A stretch of 64,000 nt of DNA from Alphaproteobacteria bacterium (GCA_964291415.2 OZ219920.1:256001-320000), one strand, 5' to 3'; positions 40,048 to 49,084 are shown, numbered from the stretch's first letter. A program made the numbers and translations. Notes: a model not told the origin generated them from the letters alone.

Positions 40048-40443
40048 CGTGACGGCCCGGTCCAATGATGTTGCAAGGCAGCTCTCGCAGGCATCGGGGA
40101 GCGCGTCTTTCGCAGACCGGCAGATTCGGGAGACACCGTGTCGCGATCATCGCTCAAGAGAGAGAACAAGGCCGCGCTTGAGGAAACGATCCAGGCGGGA
40201 CGGCGGCTCGACGAGGCTGCCGGCATTTGAATGACCTCTCTGCGGGACACGGGATGTTGCGTCATCCCGGACGCCCGCGCCGCGCGGGTGATCGATCTTC
40301 CTCCACCTGGTGCCGGTGTTGCCCACGGGCTCGACTGAGTGGCGCAGAACCTGTCAGGGGGCGTGCGGTGGCGCACCGGCCGGCGAATCACGTATCATGG
40401 TCTCCACGGAAGTGGCCACGCCAAGGCAACGGGGAGGACGACA

Positions 40444-40504
40444 TGAACCCTCTGCATTCCCTGGAAATGTCGTGGGGCTGTGAACCCTCTGCATTCCCTG
40501 GAAA
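40444..40504 (+). repeat. 24-bp direct repeat duplicating the doxX start
   Basis: TGAACCCTCTGCATTCCCTGGAAA at 40444-40467 and 40481-40504 with a 13-bp spacer. Confidence 0.95.
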
Positions 40505-41031
40505 ACCGGATCATCGGACCGCTGGGCGATCTGCTCGGCGGCGCCGTTCTCACCACCCTGGCGCGTCTGGTCTTTCTGACCACGCTGGCAACCTTCTTCT
40601 GGACGTCAGCCACCACCAAGCTCGGTGAGGGAATCGTGGGCATTGTTTCGCCTTCGACCGGCGCCTATGCGCAGATCCTGCCGGTGCAGATCGAGGCTGT
40701 AGGCTACGATGTCTCGCAACTCGGTGTGATCTCCTGGCTGATTGTGGTGGCGGGAATGTGGGCGGAATTCCTGCTGCCCTTCCTCATCGTCATCGGCCTC
40801 TTCACGCGCTCGGCCGCTCTCGGAATGATCGGCTTCATCGTCGTCATGAGCATCGTTGATATTGCCGGCCACGGTGCCGGGGCGGTGACCATCGGAGCCT
40901 GGTTCGACAATGTTCCCGATGCGAAGATTCTCGATCAGCGCGCTCTGTGGATTCTGCTGCTTCTCATTCCCCTGACCAAGGGAGCGGGGCCGCTGTCGGT
41001 CGATGCCTTCTTCCTGCGCCGTCGATTCTGA
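40480..41031 (+). CDS. DoxX family membrane protein (BufD-like)
   Basis: TLARLVF, FFWTSATTK, GAYAQILP, EFLLPFLIVIGLFTR, DQRALW, GAGPLSVD; GTG start in the second repeat copy. Confidence 0.85.
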   Translation: MNPLHSLENRIIGPLGDLLGGAVLTTLARLVFLTTLATFFWTSATTKLGEGIVGIVSPSTGAYAQILPVQIEAVGYDVSQLGVISWLIVVAGMWAEFLLPFLIVIGLFTRSAALGMIGFIVVMSIVDIAGHGAGAVTIGAWFDNVPDAKILDQRALWILLLLIPLTKGAGPLSVDAFFLRRRF

Positions 41032-41034
41032 GCG

Positions 41035-42084
41035 TCAGATGAAACCGGTCAGGGCCTGAACGCACCAGCCCATGAGGACGGCCGCGCCAAGTCCCAGCCC
41101 GAGGTAGAGAGCGAAGACCTTGCGGCGAACGACGACGTAGACGGCCATGGCCGTGGGGATGCTGGTGATCTCGCCGCCGATGAGAAAGGCGATGGCTGCA
41201 CCCTGCTCCATGCCCAGTTGCAACAACCCGTCGATGACCGGCACTGCGGCATAGCCGTGAAGGTACGTGGGCATGCCGATGAACGCAGCCACCGGCACCG
41301 TCCACCAGGCGCCCGATCCGAGAACGCTGGCGGCGGCGTCCGGCGGCACCCAGGCGAGAAGCAGGCTTTCAATGACGAATGCGAGGGTCAGCCACTTCAC
41401 CATGAAGAGACCGATGGCGCGGGCCTGACCGACGAAACGGCTCCACCGCTCGGGGTCCCGCCAGAATGCCAGCATGACGGGTCTGGTGCTGTCGAGATCG
41501 CATCCCGTGCCGTAGACCGTGCCCAGGTCCGCGAATGGGATGTCGGGCTTGAGGGGTGATTGGACCCAGGCAAGACGGGCGAGTGCAAGCGTCGCAAAGC
41601 CGGCGAGAAGTCCGGAGACGATCGCCGTGCCCGTGCGCACGAGAGCGAACGGGAGGTCGATGATTCCTGCGGTAAGGACGAACATTTCCGGGTCGATGAG
41701 CGGAGAGCCCACCCAGAAGGCCATGACGGGCGCCAGTGGTACGCCCGCGGCCAGCAGCCCGGCCACGAGCGGCACTACGCTGACCGAGCAGAAGGGGGAG
41801 AGGGCGCCCAGCACACCGGCGATGACCACGGCTTCCCCGGCGCGCCGCCGCAGGGATTCCCCGAGAGGGCGGTCGAGGGCCGTGGCGGCAATCGATGCCG
41901 CGAGCACGGCCGAGACAAGGACGAAGGGCAGGGTCCAGAGCCAGCTGGTGGCGAGGAACTCCAGCGAGACAAGGAACAGGTCCCTGTCAAGGACGAGGAC
42001 ACCGAGCAGGATGAGGGCGGATGCCGCCCACACCCTGTCGATGCGTCGAAGATGCGTCGATGCCTGGCCGGTGGCGACGGTCAT
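41035..42084 (-). CDS. DUF318/ArsP-family permease
   Basis: GALSPFCSVSVVPLVAGLLAAGVPLAPVMAFWVGSPLIDP; GMPTYL; GAAIAFLIGG. Confidence 0.88.
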   Translation of the reverse strand: MTVATGQASTHLRRIDRVWAASALILLGVLVLDRDLFLVSLEFLATSWLWTLPFVLVSAVLAASIAATALDRPLGESLRRRAGEAVVIAGVLGALSPFCSVSVVPLVAGLLAAGVPLAPVMAFWVGSPLIDPEMFVLTAGIIDLPFALVRTGTAIVSGLLAGFATLALARLAWVQSPLKPDIPFADLGTVYGTGCDLDSTRPVMLAFWRDPERWSRFVGQARAIGLFMVKWLTLAFVIESLLLAWVPPDAAASVLGSGAWWTVPVAAFIGMPTYLHGYAAVPVIDGLLQLGMEQGAAIAFLIGGEITSIPTAMAVYVVVRRKVFALYLGLGLGAAVLMGWCVQALTGFI

Positions 42085-42085
42085 G

Positions 42086-42250
42086 TCAGCGAGTGTAGCG
42101 ATCGAAGGGTCCCCGTGTCATCAGGAGGACCCGGTCGGACGTGTCGGCATGGCCATCAAGACCGATGTCCCGAAGCAGGTGGTGGTCGAGACGCCTGATC
42201 TCGTCGATGGTCCGGCGACGCACGAGGGACTTGCGGATGCGATCAAACAT
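42086..42250 (-). CDS. DUF1127 small protein
   Basis: RRRTIDEIRRLDHHLLRDIGL signature; divergent from a GcvA-like LysR regulator. Confidence 0.75.
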   Translation of the reverse strand: MFDRIRKSLVRRRTIDEIRRLDHHLLRDIGLDGHADTSDRVLLMTRGPFDRYTR

Positions 42251-42345
42251 TTCTTGATCTCCGATCTGAACTGTGACCTTGATATTGTGTCTGAATTGGC
42301 CGCATGCAAGCGAGATGTGTTGCACAGATCTTCAAGTATTTCTCA

Positions 42346-43275
42346 ATGAATGAACGTTTGCCCTCGCTCAACGCCCTGCGAGCACTCGACGCCGCCGGAA
42401 GACACCTGAGCCTCACCCGGGCCGCCATTGAACTCAACGTGACGCCGGCGGCAGTCAGTCACCAGATCCGCCTTCTCGAGAAGGATCTCGGTGTCACCCT
42501 TCTCGAACGCGAGGGACGCGGGATCAGGCCGACACCCGCGGCCCTGGCCGGCATGGCGGAACTGCGCCGGGGATTCGACCATGTGGCAGAAGCTGTCCGC
42601 CGCATGCGCGATACCCGGACCGAGCCGCTCCTGCGGGTCACGTCCGAGACCACCTTTGCCGGCAACTGGCTGGTTCCGCGGCTCGCCCGTTTCCGCGAAC
42701 GCTGTCCGCATCTCGATGTTCTCATCGATGCCTCGGACCGCCTTGTCGACTTTGATCGAGAGGACTTCGACATCGGTGTCAGGTGGGGTGGCGGCGACTA
42801 TCCCGGGCTGGCCGCCGAAAAGCTCTTTGATGATGAGGAGGCCTTTGCGGTCTGCCATCACTCCCTGCTGCACGGTCGCCATCCCATCACCGAACCCCGG
42901 GACCTCGTTCACCACACGCTGATTCACCTCGATTGGCCCACCGGCAAGGGATACTGGCCGACCTGGGACGAGTGGTTCGACGCGGCCGGAGTCTCCAGCG
43001 TCGACACCACGCGGGGACTGCGCTTCACGGTTCACAGCCACGCCCTCCGGGCCGCCGTGGAGGCCCAGGGAGTGGTTCTGACGACACCGTTGCTGGTCGA
43101 TGCCGATCTGCGGTCCGGGTTGCTCGTGGAGCTCTTCGATCTTCGTCTGCCCACCGGGACGCAGACCTATGTCGTCAATCACCGCAAGAGGTCGGACGAA
43201 ACGGCGATCCAGGCATTCAGGAACTGGCTGCTTGAAGAGGCAGGGACGACCCTTGCCGGCATGGCGGAGCGCTGA
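42346..43275 (+). CDS. LysR family regulator (GcvA-like)
   Basis: LPSLNALRAL..AGRHLSLTRAA.ELNVTPAAVSHQIRLLE; WLVPRL; AFRNWL. Confidence 0.93.
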   Translation: MNERLPSLNALRALDAAGRHLSLTRAAIELNVTPAAVSHQIRLLEKDLGVTLLEREGRGIRPTPAALAGMAELRRGFDHVAEAVRRMRDTRTEPLLRVTSETTFAGNWLVPRLARFRERCPHLDVLIDASDRLVDFDREDFDIGVRWGGGDYPGLAAEKLFDDEEAFAVCHHSLLHGRHPITEPRDLVHHTLIHLDWPTGKGYWPTWDEWFDAAGVSSVDTTRGLRFTVHSHALRAAVEAQGVVLTTPLLVDADLRSGLLVELFDLRLPTGTQTYVVNHRKRSDETAIQAFRNWLLEEAGTTLAGMAER

Positions 43276-43280
43276 GGAGG

Positions 43281-44544
43281 TCAGCTCACGATATCAAGCA
43301 GGCGGAACCATGCGCCCGCCAGGGGGAGAAGGGCAGAGCGGGTGGCATGTCCCGGCAGTGCCGGCCACGTGAGATCGCGCCAGGGATTGGCTTCGGCATC
43401 TCCCGCCATCACCCTCGCCATGACCTCGCCCATGTGGACGGACATCTGGACACCGTGGCCGCTGTAGCCCATGGCGTGGTGGCAGCCGTCGAAGACTCCT
43501 GCCCGGGGCAGCCGATCCATGGTCATGTCAAGCATGCCGCCCCAGCAGTAGTCGACACGGACATCGTCGAGGACAGGAAAGATCTGTTTCATCGAGCGGG
43601 CAAGGAGGCGTCCGCTCTTCCTGTCCGAGCCCGGATCCGAATGGGCGAAGCGGGCCCGCCCGCCAAAAATCAGCCGGTTGTCCGGCGCCATGCGGAAGTA
43701 GTGCCCGGTGTGTTTCGTGGTGACCGCCGTGCGGCGTGTCGGCATGATCGCATCGACAAGATGCTGTGCCAGCGGTCCGGTCGCGATGATGACACTGCCG
43801 ACGGCCAGGATTCGACGATTGAGATGGGGAAAGGCGGGACCGGTTCCGGCTCCGGTGGCCACGAGGACCTCTTCTGCTTCAAGCGTACCCATGGCTGTCT
43901 CGAGTTCGTGGCCGCCCCCGCCGGGTGACGCCGGTGTTCTCCCAGATCCTGGCGCCGTGGCGATGTGCAGCCCGGGCGAGCCCGTTGCCAAAACGCCCGG
44001 GGTGGAGCGTCGCGCTCCGGTGGTAGACCAGGCCGCCGTGAAACCGTGCCGAGCCGATTTCCCGGGTAAGGTCCCCGGGGCCAACCAGGCTGGTCTGCGG
44101 ATCGATCCCGGATGCCAGGAGCGCGTGGGTCCGGGAGAGCGAGTCGAGGTGGGAGGGCTTTGCCGCCAGCTGGGTCTTGCCGCTGCGCCGGAAGCCGCAG
44201 TCTATGCCTTCGCGCGCGACGACCCGTTCGACAGTCTCGACTGCCCGATCGAAGGTCCGGTAGAAGGTCCGCGCCCGTTCCAGGCCGAACGCGTCGGCCA
44301 CCGTCGCGACCTGTCGGACCAGACCGTTGTTGCAGTGTCCGCCATTGCGCCCGGAAGCGGCGCCGGCCACGCGTCCGGCTTCGAGGACCACGACGTCGAT
44401 TCCGTCGCGGGCCATGGCCAGTGCCGCCGACAGTCCGGTGAAACCCCCACCGATCACCGCCGTCTGGCATCGTGCCGGCAGGCTTGCGGTCTCAGCGCAA
44501 CGGAACGCCGGCGCCGTGTCGAGCCAGCAGGAGAGGGGCTTCAT
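43281..44544 (-). pseudogene. FAD-dependent oxidoreductase (PuuB/DadA-like), frameshifted near 43925
   Basis: IGGGFTGLSAA and GAASGRNGG in the 5' ORF; IFGGRA, YCWGG and GYSGHGV in the 3' frame; junction at ENTGVT / GGGHELET. Confidence 0.8.
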
Positions 44545-44568
44545 GGCCCGCGGGCCTTCCCGCCTCGA

Positions 44569-45546
44569 TTATGTCTGCGGGCGCCCGAAGAGGCGAAGCC
44601 TGTTGACGCCGCCGTCGGGAATCATGTTGAAACGCACATGGCTGACGGTCCCGAGGTCCGCCACTTCGCTCTCGAACAGGTGAACCTGGTCCATGGCGAG
44701 CTTCTGTTCCCCCAGAAGGTCGCTCCAGTAGAGGGATGAGGCGACGGCCGACGAATCGTCGGCTTCATGCAGGGCCGCCTGGATGGAACAGCGATCGGGG
44801 TAGTTGCCCTTGAAGTGCGTGGTGTCGACCACGACCCGCGAGATGACGCCGGGGCAGGCCAGTCGGAAGAGCGCCCATTCGTTGCCGGGCACCCGCCGCC
44901 GGCTGGTTTCCCAGCCCTCCGCCATGGTGGCGCCGGTTCCGGGGTAGAGAATGTTGGCGGGCGAGCCGTAGTGCCGGTCGCTGCAGGCCACCAGCCAGCC
45001 ACCATTCTCGATGGCGACGAGGTCCGCCTCGCCGACTCCCGTCCAGTCACGGGCGAAGGGACCATGGACCCGCAACCGGGCGATGCCGCCATCGGGGTAG
45101 ATGTTGAGACGGACGTGGGTCCACGGGCCGTCATGCGCAACACCGTGGAGATGATGGGAATCTCCCGTGAGCGGTACCGGTGAAAGGATTTCGCGCCACT
45201 CGGTCGCCTCGTCGGGATCACCGTCGGCCCGGCAGGCATCGATGGAGGCCGACGGCGGATAGTTTCCCGTGAAGTGGCTGGTGTCGATATCGACACCCTT
45301 GATGTACCCGCACCCGGCGAGCCTGACGATGCAGCAGTCGTGACCCGTTGTCCTCTTGCGCCGTGTTTCCCAGCCGTCCATCCACTTGCCGTGATCGTCG
45401 TACCGCCCGGCATGAAACTCGGCGGGCGTGGGCTGCAGCATGCGTTCGGCGGGCGCGAACCATGCGTCGCTGGCATGAAGAGCCACGGCGCCGAGGCGGC
45501 TGTCCGCCAGATTCGGCCAGCGAGAGGTGAAGTCGTCGTTCATCAC
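44569..45546 (-). CDS. alc: Allantoicase
   Basis: [40 protein letters not shown] and an internal repeat with [20 protein letters not shown]. Confidence 0.95.
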   Translation of the reverse strand: MMNDDFTSRWPNLADSRLGAVALHASDAWFAPAERMLQPTPAEFHAGRYDDHGKWMDGWETRRKRTTGHDCCIVRLAGCGYIKGVDIDTSHFTGNYPPSASIDACRADGDPDEATEWREILSPVPLTGDSHHLHGVAHDGPWTHVRLNIYPDGGIARLRVHGPFARDWTGVGEADLVAIENGGWLVACSDRHYGSPANILYPGTGATMAEGWETSRRRVPGNEWALFRLACPGVISRVVVDTTHFKGNYPDRCSIQAALHEADDSSAVASSLYWSDLLGEQKLAMDQVHLFESEVADLGTVSHVRFNMIPDGGVNRLRLFGRPQT

Positions 45547-46047
45547 TCAGCTCACCAGAATGTCGTTGCCGGAAAGCGACATGGTCTCGCAGTCCTCGTC
45601 GAAGGTTGTGCCCCTGTCGATCACCAGGAAATCACTGGCATCGAGGGCAATGAGAGGGTGGTGCCAGACCCCCGGATGGAGATTGATTCCCGTGCCATCG
45701 CGCGCCACGAAGCACCGCATGGCGTCGATTTCCGCCTTCGGGCCCGGCGGCGCCACGGCGACGAGATAGGTTGATCCGGCGAGCGGCACGAAGGCCTGAC
45801 TCGACAGGAGATGGCGTTCCATGAGGCGCAGCCGGAAAGGAAGCGTGGCCGGTTTCAGCACCTGGAAGATGCTGATGACGGGTCTGCCGCCATCCGCCGT
45901 CACGTCCACATTCGCGAGGTCGTGATGGCGCAGCACATCGCCGCTGTTGATGGCCACCGAAGCATCGGGATCGCGTTCGATCACGTCACCGAAGGCAGCA
46001 AAGCCCTCCGACGTCAACTCCTCCGCCTTGATCTCGCAGCGTGCCAT
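45547..46047 (-). CDS. allA: Ureidoglycolate lyase
   Basis: FAAFGDVIE, MERHLLSSQAFVP, GVWHHPL, FLVIDR; adjacent to alc. Confidence 0.92.
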   Translation of the reverse strand: MARCEIKAEELTSEGFAAFGDVIERDPDASVAINSGDVLRHHDLANVDVTADGGRPVISIFQVLKPATLPFRLRLMERHLLSSQAFVPLAGSTYLVAVAPPGPKAEIDAMRCFVARDGTGINLHPGVWHHPLIALDASDFLVIDRGTTFDEDCETMSLSGNDILVS

Positions 46048-46169
46048 CACCGTCCGTCATGTCGCCAAGGCAGCATTAACCCTTCCGCGGTCTGTCCGGT
46101 CAAGGTCTCCGCGTTGCAGGATTCGTCCCCCGTCCATAGACTTCAACGGCACGGGCCCGCAAGGGGAGC

Positions 46170-47099
46170 GTGAAGGGCATGGGCATCAGGATTGTCGTCG
46201 CACCAACGGATGGCCACTGGTTCGATTTCCTGCGCCAACGCTCCGACCTCGGTGAGGTCAACTTCTGGAGTCCCTCCGGCCAGAACTTCGGGAAGGTTCA
46301 GAGCGGAGAACTCGTTCTCTTCAAGCTGAAGGGGCGGGTCAACAAGATTGCTGGTGGAGGCGTCTACACCCATTTCAGCAAGATGCCGTTGTCTCTGGCC
46401 TGGGAAGCGTTCGGGGAAGCGAATGGCGCAGCCTCGCTCGAGCAGGTGCGGGCCATCATCAGCAGCTATCACAAGGTTGACTCTCAAACGAAGGCTGACT
46501 TCCCCATTGGCTGCCGCATCCTCACTCGGCCCTTCTTCTTCGAAGAGGCACAGTGGATGCCTCCCCCTGACAGCTTTTCACCCAACATCGTCACGTCCAA
46601 GAGCTACGATACCAGCGATGCGGATGGGCGAGCCCTGTGGGACCAGGTGATCGAACGCATGGGTTTGTTTGCCGGGTCCGGTTTGCCGGAGGAGAACGCC
46701 CGATTCGGCAAGCCGCAGATCATCCAGCCGCGCCTCGGACAGGGGGCATTCCGCGTTGTCGTCACCGATGCCTATCGGCGCCGCTGCGCGGTGACGGGGG
46801 AACGCACGCTGCCGGTGCTCGATGCGGCCCATATCCATCCTTACAGCGAGGGCGGTCCGCACAGGGTGAGCAACGGGCTGCTGCTGAGGCGCGATCTTCA
46901 CAAGCTCTTCGACGACGGCTACGTGACGGTGTCGCCGGACCTGCGCTTCGAGGTGAGCCGCCGCATCAGGGACGATTACGAGAACGGCCGTGCGTACTAC
47001 GCGCTGCAGGGCAGGAAGCTTCGTCTTCCCGTCAACGCCCATGAACGACCGAACGGCATTGCCCTTGCCTGGCACAACGACAACCGCTACCTCGGATGA
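46170..47099 (+). CDS. HNH endonuclease with N-terminal putative DNA-recognition domain (predicted restriction endonuclease)
   Basis: RLGQGAFR.VVTDAYRRRCAVTG, LDAAHIHP, NGLLLRRDLHKLFD, LAWHN; N-terminal EVNFWSPSG...GELVLFKLK. Confidence 0.88.
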   Translation: MKGMGIRIVVAPTDGHWFDFLRQRSDLGEVNFWSPSGQNFGKVQSGELVLFKLKGRVNKIAGGGVYTHFSKMPLSLAWEAFGEANGAASLEQVRAIISSYHKVDSQTKADFPIGCRILTRPFFFEEAQWMPPPDSFSPNIVTSKSYDTSDADGRALWDQVIERMGLFAGSGLPEENARFGKPQIIQPRLGQGAFRVVVTDAYRRRCAVTGERTLPVLDAAHIHPYSEGGPHRVSNGLLLRRDLHKLFDDGYVTVSPDLRFEVSRRIRDDYENGRAYYALQGRKLRLPVNAHERPNGIALAWHNDNRYLG

Positions 47100-47139
47100 C
47101 TAGGACCGAGTGATCAGACAACGCCCTGGAGGTAAGCCG

Positions 47140-47283
47140 ATGTTCAGAATGTTGGCGGTCATGATGCGCCTACTCGCACTCTTCAGCGCCGCAGGCAAGG
47201 GACCCGCCGGTATCGCCCGGTATGGCGTGCGCCGCGCCGCACACCGGGGACTGCGCCGGGGCATGAGGAAGTTCAGGCTTTGA
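47140..47283 (+). CDS. 47-aa cationic small protein (not in the ORF track)
   Basis: GGAGGT RBS 7 nt upstream of ATG; MFRMLAVMMRLLALFSAAGKGPAGIARYGVRRAAHRGLRRGMRKFRL. Confidence 0.55.
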   Translation: MFRMLAVMMRLLALFSAAGKGPAGIARYGVRRAAHRGLRRGMRKFRL

Positions 47284-47344
47284 TCGCGGGGCATCTCGCG
47301 GCTGCCCCGGGAGTTCGTGGCAGCGGCTGCGGGGCAACAGGGAC

Positions 47345-49084
47345 ATGAGTTTCAGCGTCAAAGACATCGAAATCCGGTTGCGGTCAGGGGAAGACAGCGG
47401 CTGGGAGTTCAAGCAGGTCGAGTTCGTCGGTGATCGTCCGAAGCGGCCGACACGCGGCGACTGGGCTGACGAGATTGCGGCCTTTGCCAATGCTGCCGGG
47501 GGGGTGTTGCTCGCTGGCGTTGCCGACGACGGCAACGTCATCGGCATATCGCGCACGCAGATAGCCAGCCTGGATTCCCTTCTCGTGGAGGTGAGCACCG
47601 ACACGATCAAGCCGCCTGTTCGCATCCGTACACATCACAAGGAATTGTCCAACGGCAAACTTGTTCTGCTGGCCGAAGTGCCGGAGAGCGACTCCGTGCA
47701 CGAGAGTCCTGGCGGATGCTACATCCGTGTGGGCGCCTCGAAGAGGCTCCTGGCCGGTGATGAGCGGCTGCGATTGGCACAAAGACGGTTGCAGGCGCGA
47801 TTCCTGTGGTTCGACAAGCAGCCGGTGCCTGAAACCGGATTCAGGACATTGACCGAAGCGCTCTGGAAACCGTTGCTGAGCGCTGAGGGTGCGGCCGAAC
47901 CGGAGGCAGCGCTCGGGAAGCTGGCGCTCCTTGAAGACGACGAGGCAGGGGTTCTTCGTGCTACTGTTGCAGGTGTTCTGTTGTGCACTCCAAATCCGGA
48001 ACGATGGCTCCCGAACGCCTGCATCACGGCGACCAGGTACCGTGGCGGAGACCGTTCATCGGGCCAGATCGATTCCCAGGAGATTACCGGACCCCTGAAC
48101 CAACAGATCGCCGGCGCCGTTGCCTTTGCCTCGAGAAACATGCACGTCGCGGCATTGAAGGAACCGGCTCGTTCAGATCTGCCCCAGTACAGTGAAAAGG
48201 CGTTGTTCGAAGCCTTGGTCAATGCGGTTGCCCATCGCGACTATTCCATGAGGGGAAGCAGGATTCGTCTATCCATGTTCGATGACCGTGTGGAGATTCA
48301 GTCTCCCGGTGCCTTGCCGAACAATCTGACGGTAGAGAGCATGGCTTCGCGGCAGTCCACCCGCAACGAGGCCCTGACTTCCGTCTTGGCGCGAATGCCT
48401 GTCGGCGGAACCCATGGCGGCGAAGAGAGACTGTATTTCATGGAGCGCCGAGGCGACGGCGTTCCCATCATTCGACGCGAGACATGGAACCTGTGTGCGA
48501 AGTATCCCGAGTACACGGTTGTCGACGATTCGGAGGTCCTGCTGGTCATTCCCGCGGCGTCACAAGAACGCAGCCCTGCCCGTGCCGTCATTTCGGCGCG
48601 GTCTGATGGCAGATCCCTGCCTGGCACCGATCTGCTTCTCCTGTTTCCGAACAAGACCTGGAAGCGGGCTACCACGGACATGCAGGGCGAAGCAGAGATC
48701 GATCTGCATACGACCCGGCTACCCATGACCGTATTCGCATCCGCGCCGGGACATGCCGCGTATCTGGAACGGAGTTGGACACCGAGCGAACGAGCGCTCG
48801 CGATCGATCTGGAGGCCGTGCCGGCAGGTGGAAGCGTCATATTCCCGGAGGCAACCGGCCATGTTCCAGGATTGAAGGGCAGGCTCAATCCCATTCGTGA
48901 TACCCATGACCGGACCTATCTCTATGCGTCGAACATCGCGATTGATGGAGGCAAGCAACAGCCGGTTCACTTTGTTCCCGGTGAGATTCTGCATTTGACC
49001 GATGCGGAAGGTACGGAACTGAGTGTGCGGATTATCGACATTGTCGGCCGGTCAGTTCTTGTCGAATACTTCGACACCCGGTGA
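47345..49084 (+). CDS. Schlafen/AlbA_2-domain protein with HATPase_c_4-like region and extra C-terminal domain
   Basis: GEDSGWEFK, IAAFANAAGGVLLAGVADD, YIRVGAS; EALVNAVAHRDY, EIQSPGALP, RN..L, MERRGDG; beta-rich tail of about 165 aa. Confidence 0.85.
   Translation: MSFSVKDIEIRLRSGEDSGWEFKQVEFVGDRPKRPTRGDWADEIAAFANAAGGVLLAGVADDGNVIGISRTQIASLDSLLVEVSTDTIKPPVRIRTHHKELSNGKLVLLAEVPESDSVHESPGGCYIRVGASKRLLAGDERLRLAQRRLQARFLWFDKQPVPETGFRTLTEALWKPLLSAEGAAEPEAALGKLALLEDDEAGVLRATVAGVLLCTPNPERWLPNACITATRYRGGDRSSGQIDSQEITGPLNQQIAGAVAFASRNMHVAALKEPARSDLPQYSEKALFEALVNAVAHRDYSMRGSRIRLSMFDDRVEIQSPGALPNNLTVESMASRQSTRNEALTSVLARMPVGGTHGGEERLYFMERRGDGVPIIRRETWNLCAKYPEYTVVDDSEVLLVIPAASQERSPARAVISARSDGRSLPGTDLLLLFPNKTWKRATTDMQGEAEIDLHTTRLPMTVFASAPGHAAYLERSWTPSERALAIDLEAVPAGGSVIFPEATGHVPGLKGRLNPIRDTHDRTYLYASNIAIDGGKQQPVHFVPGEILHLTDAEGTELSVRIIDIVGRSVLVEYFDTR

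Noticed and set aside
40444-40504. Mini CRISPR array
   Set aside because: Only two repeats with a 13-bp spacer, the repeat is doxX coding sequence, and there are no cas genes
16718-49084. Integron cassette array made of the TA and nuclease genes
   Set aside because: The modules are dispersed, no attC-like RYYYAAC...GTTRRRY structures were seen, and there is no integron integrase
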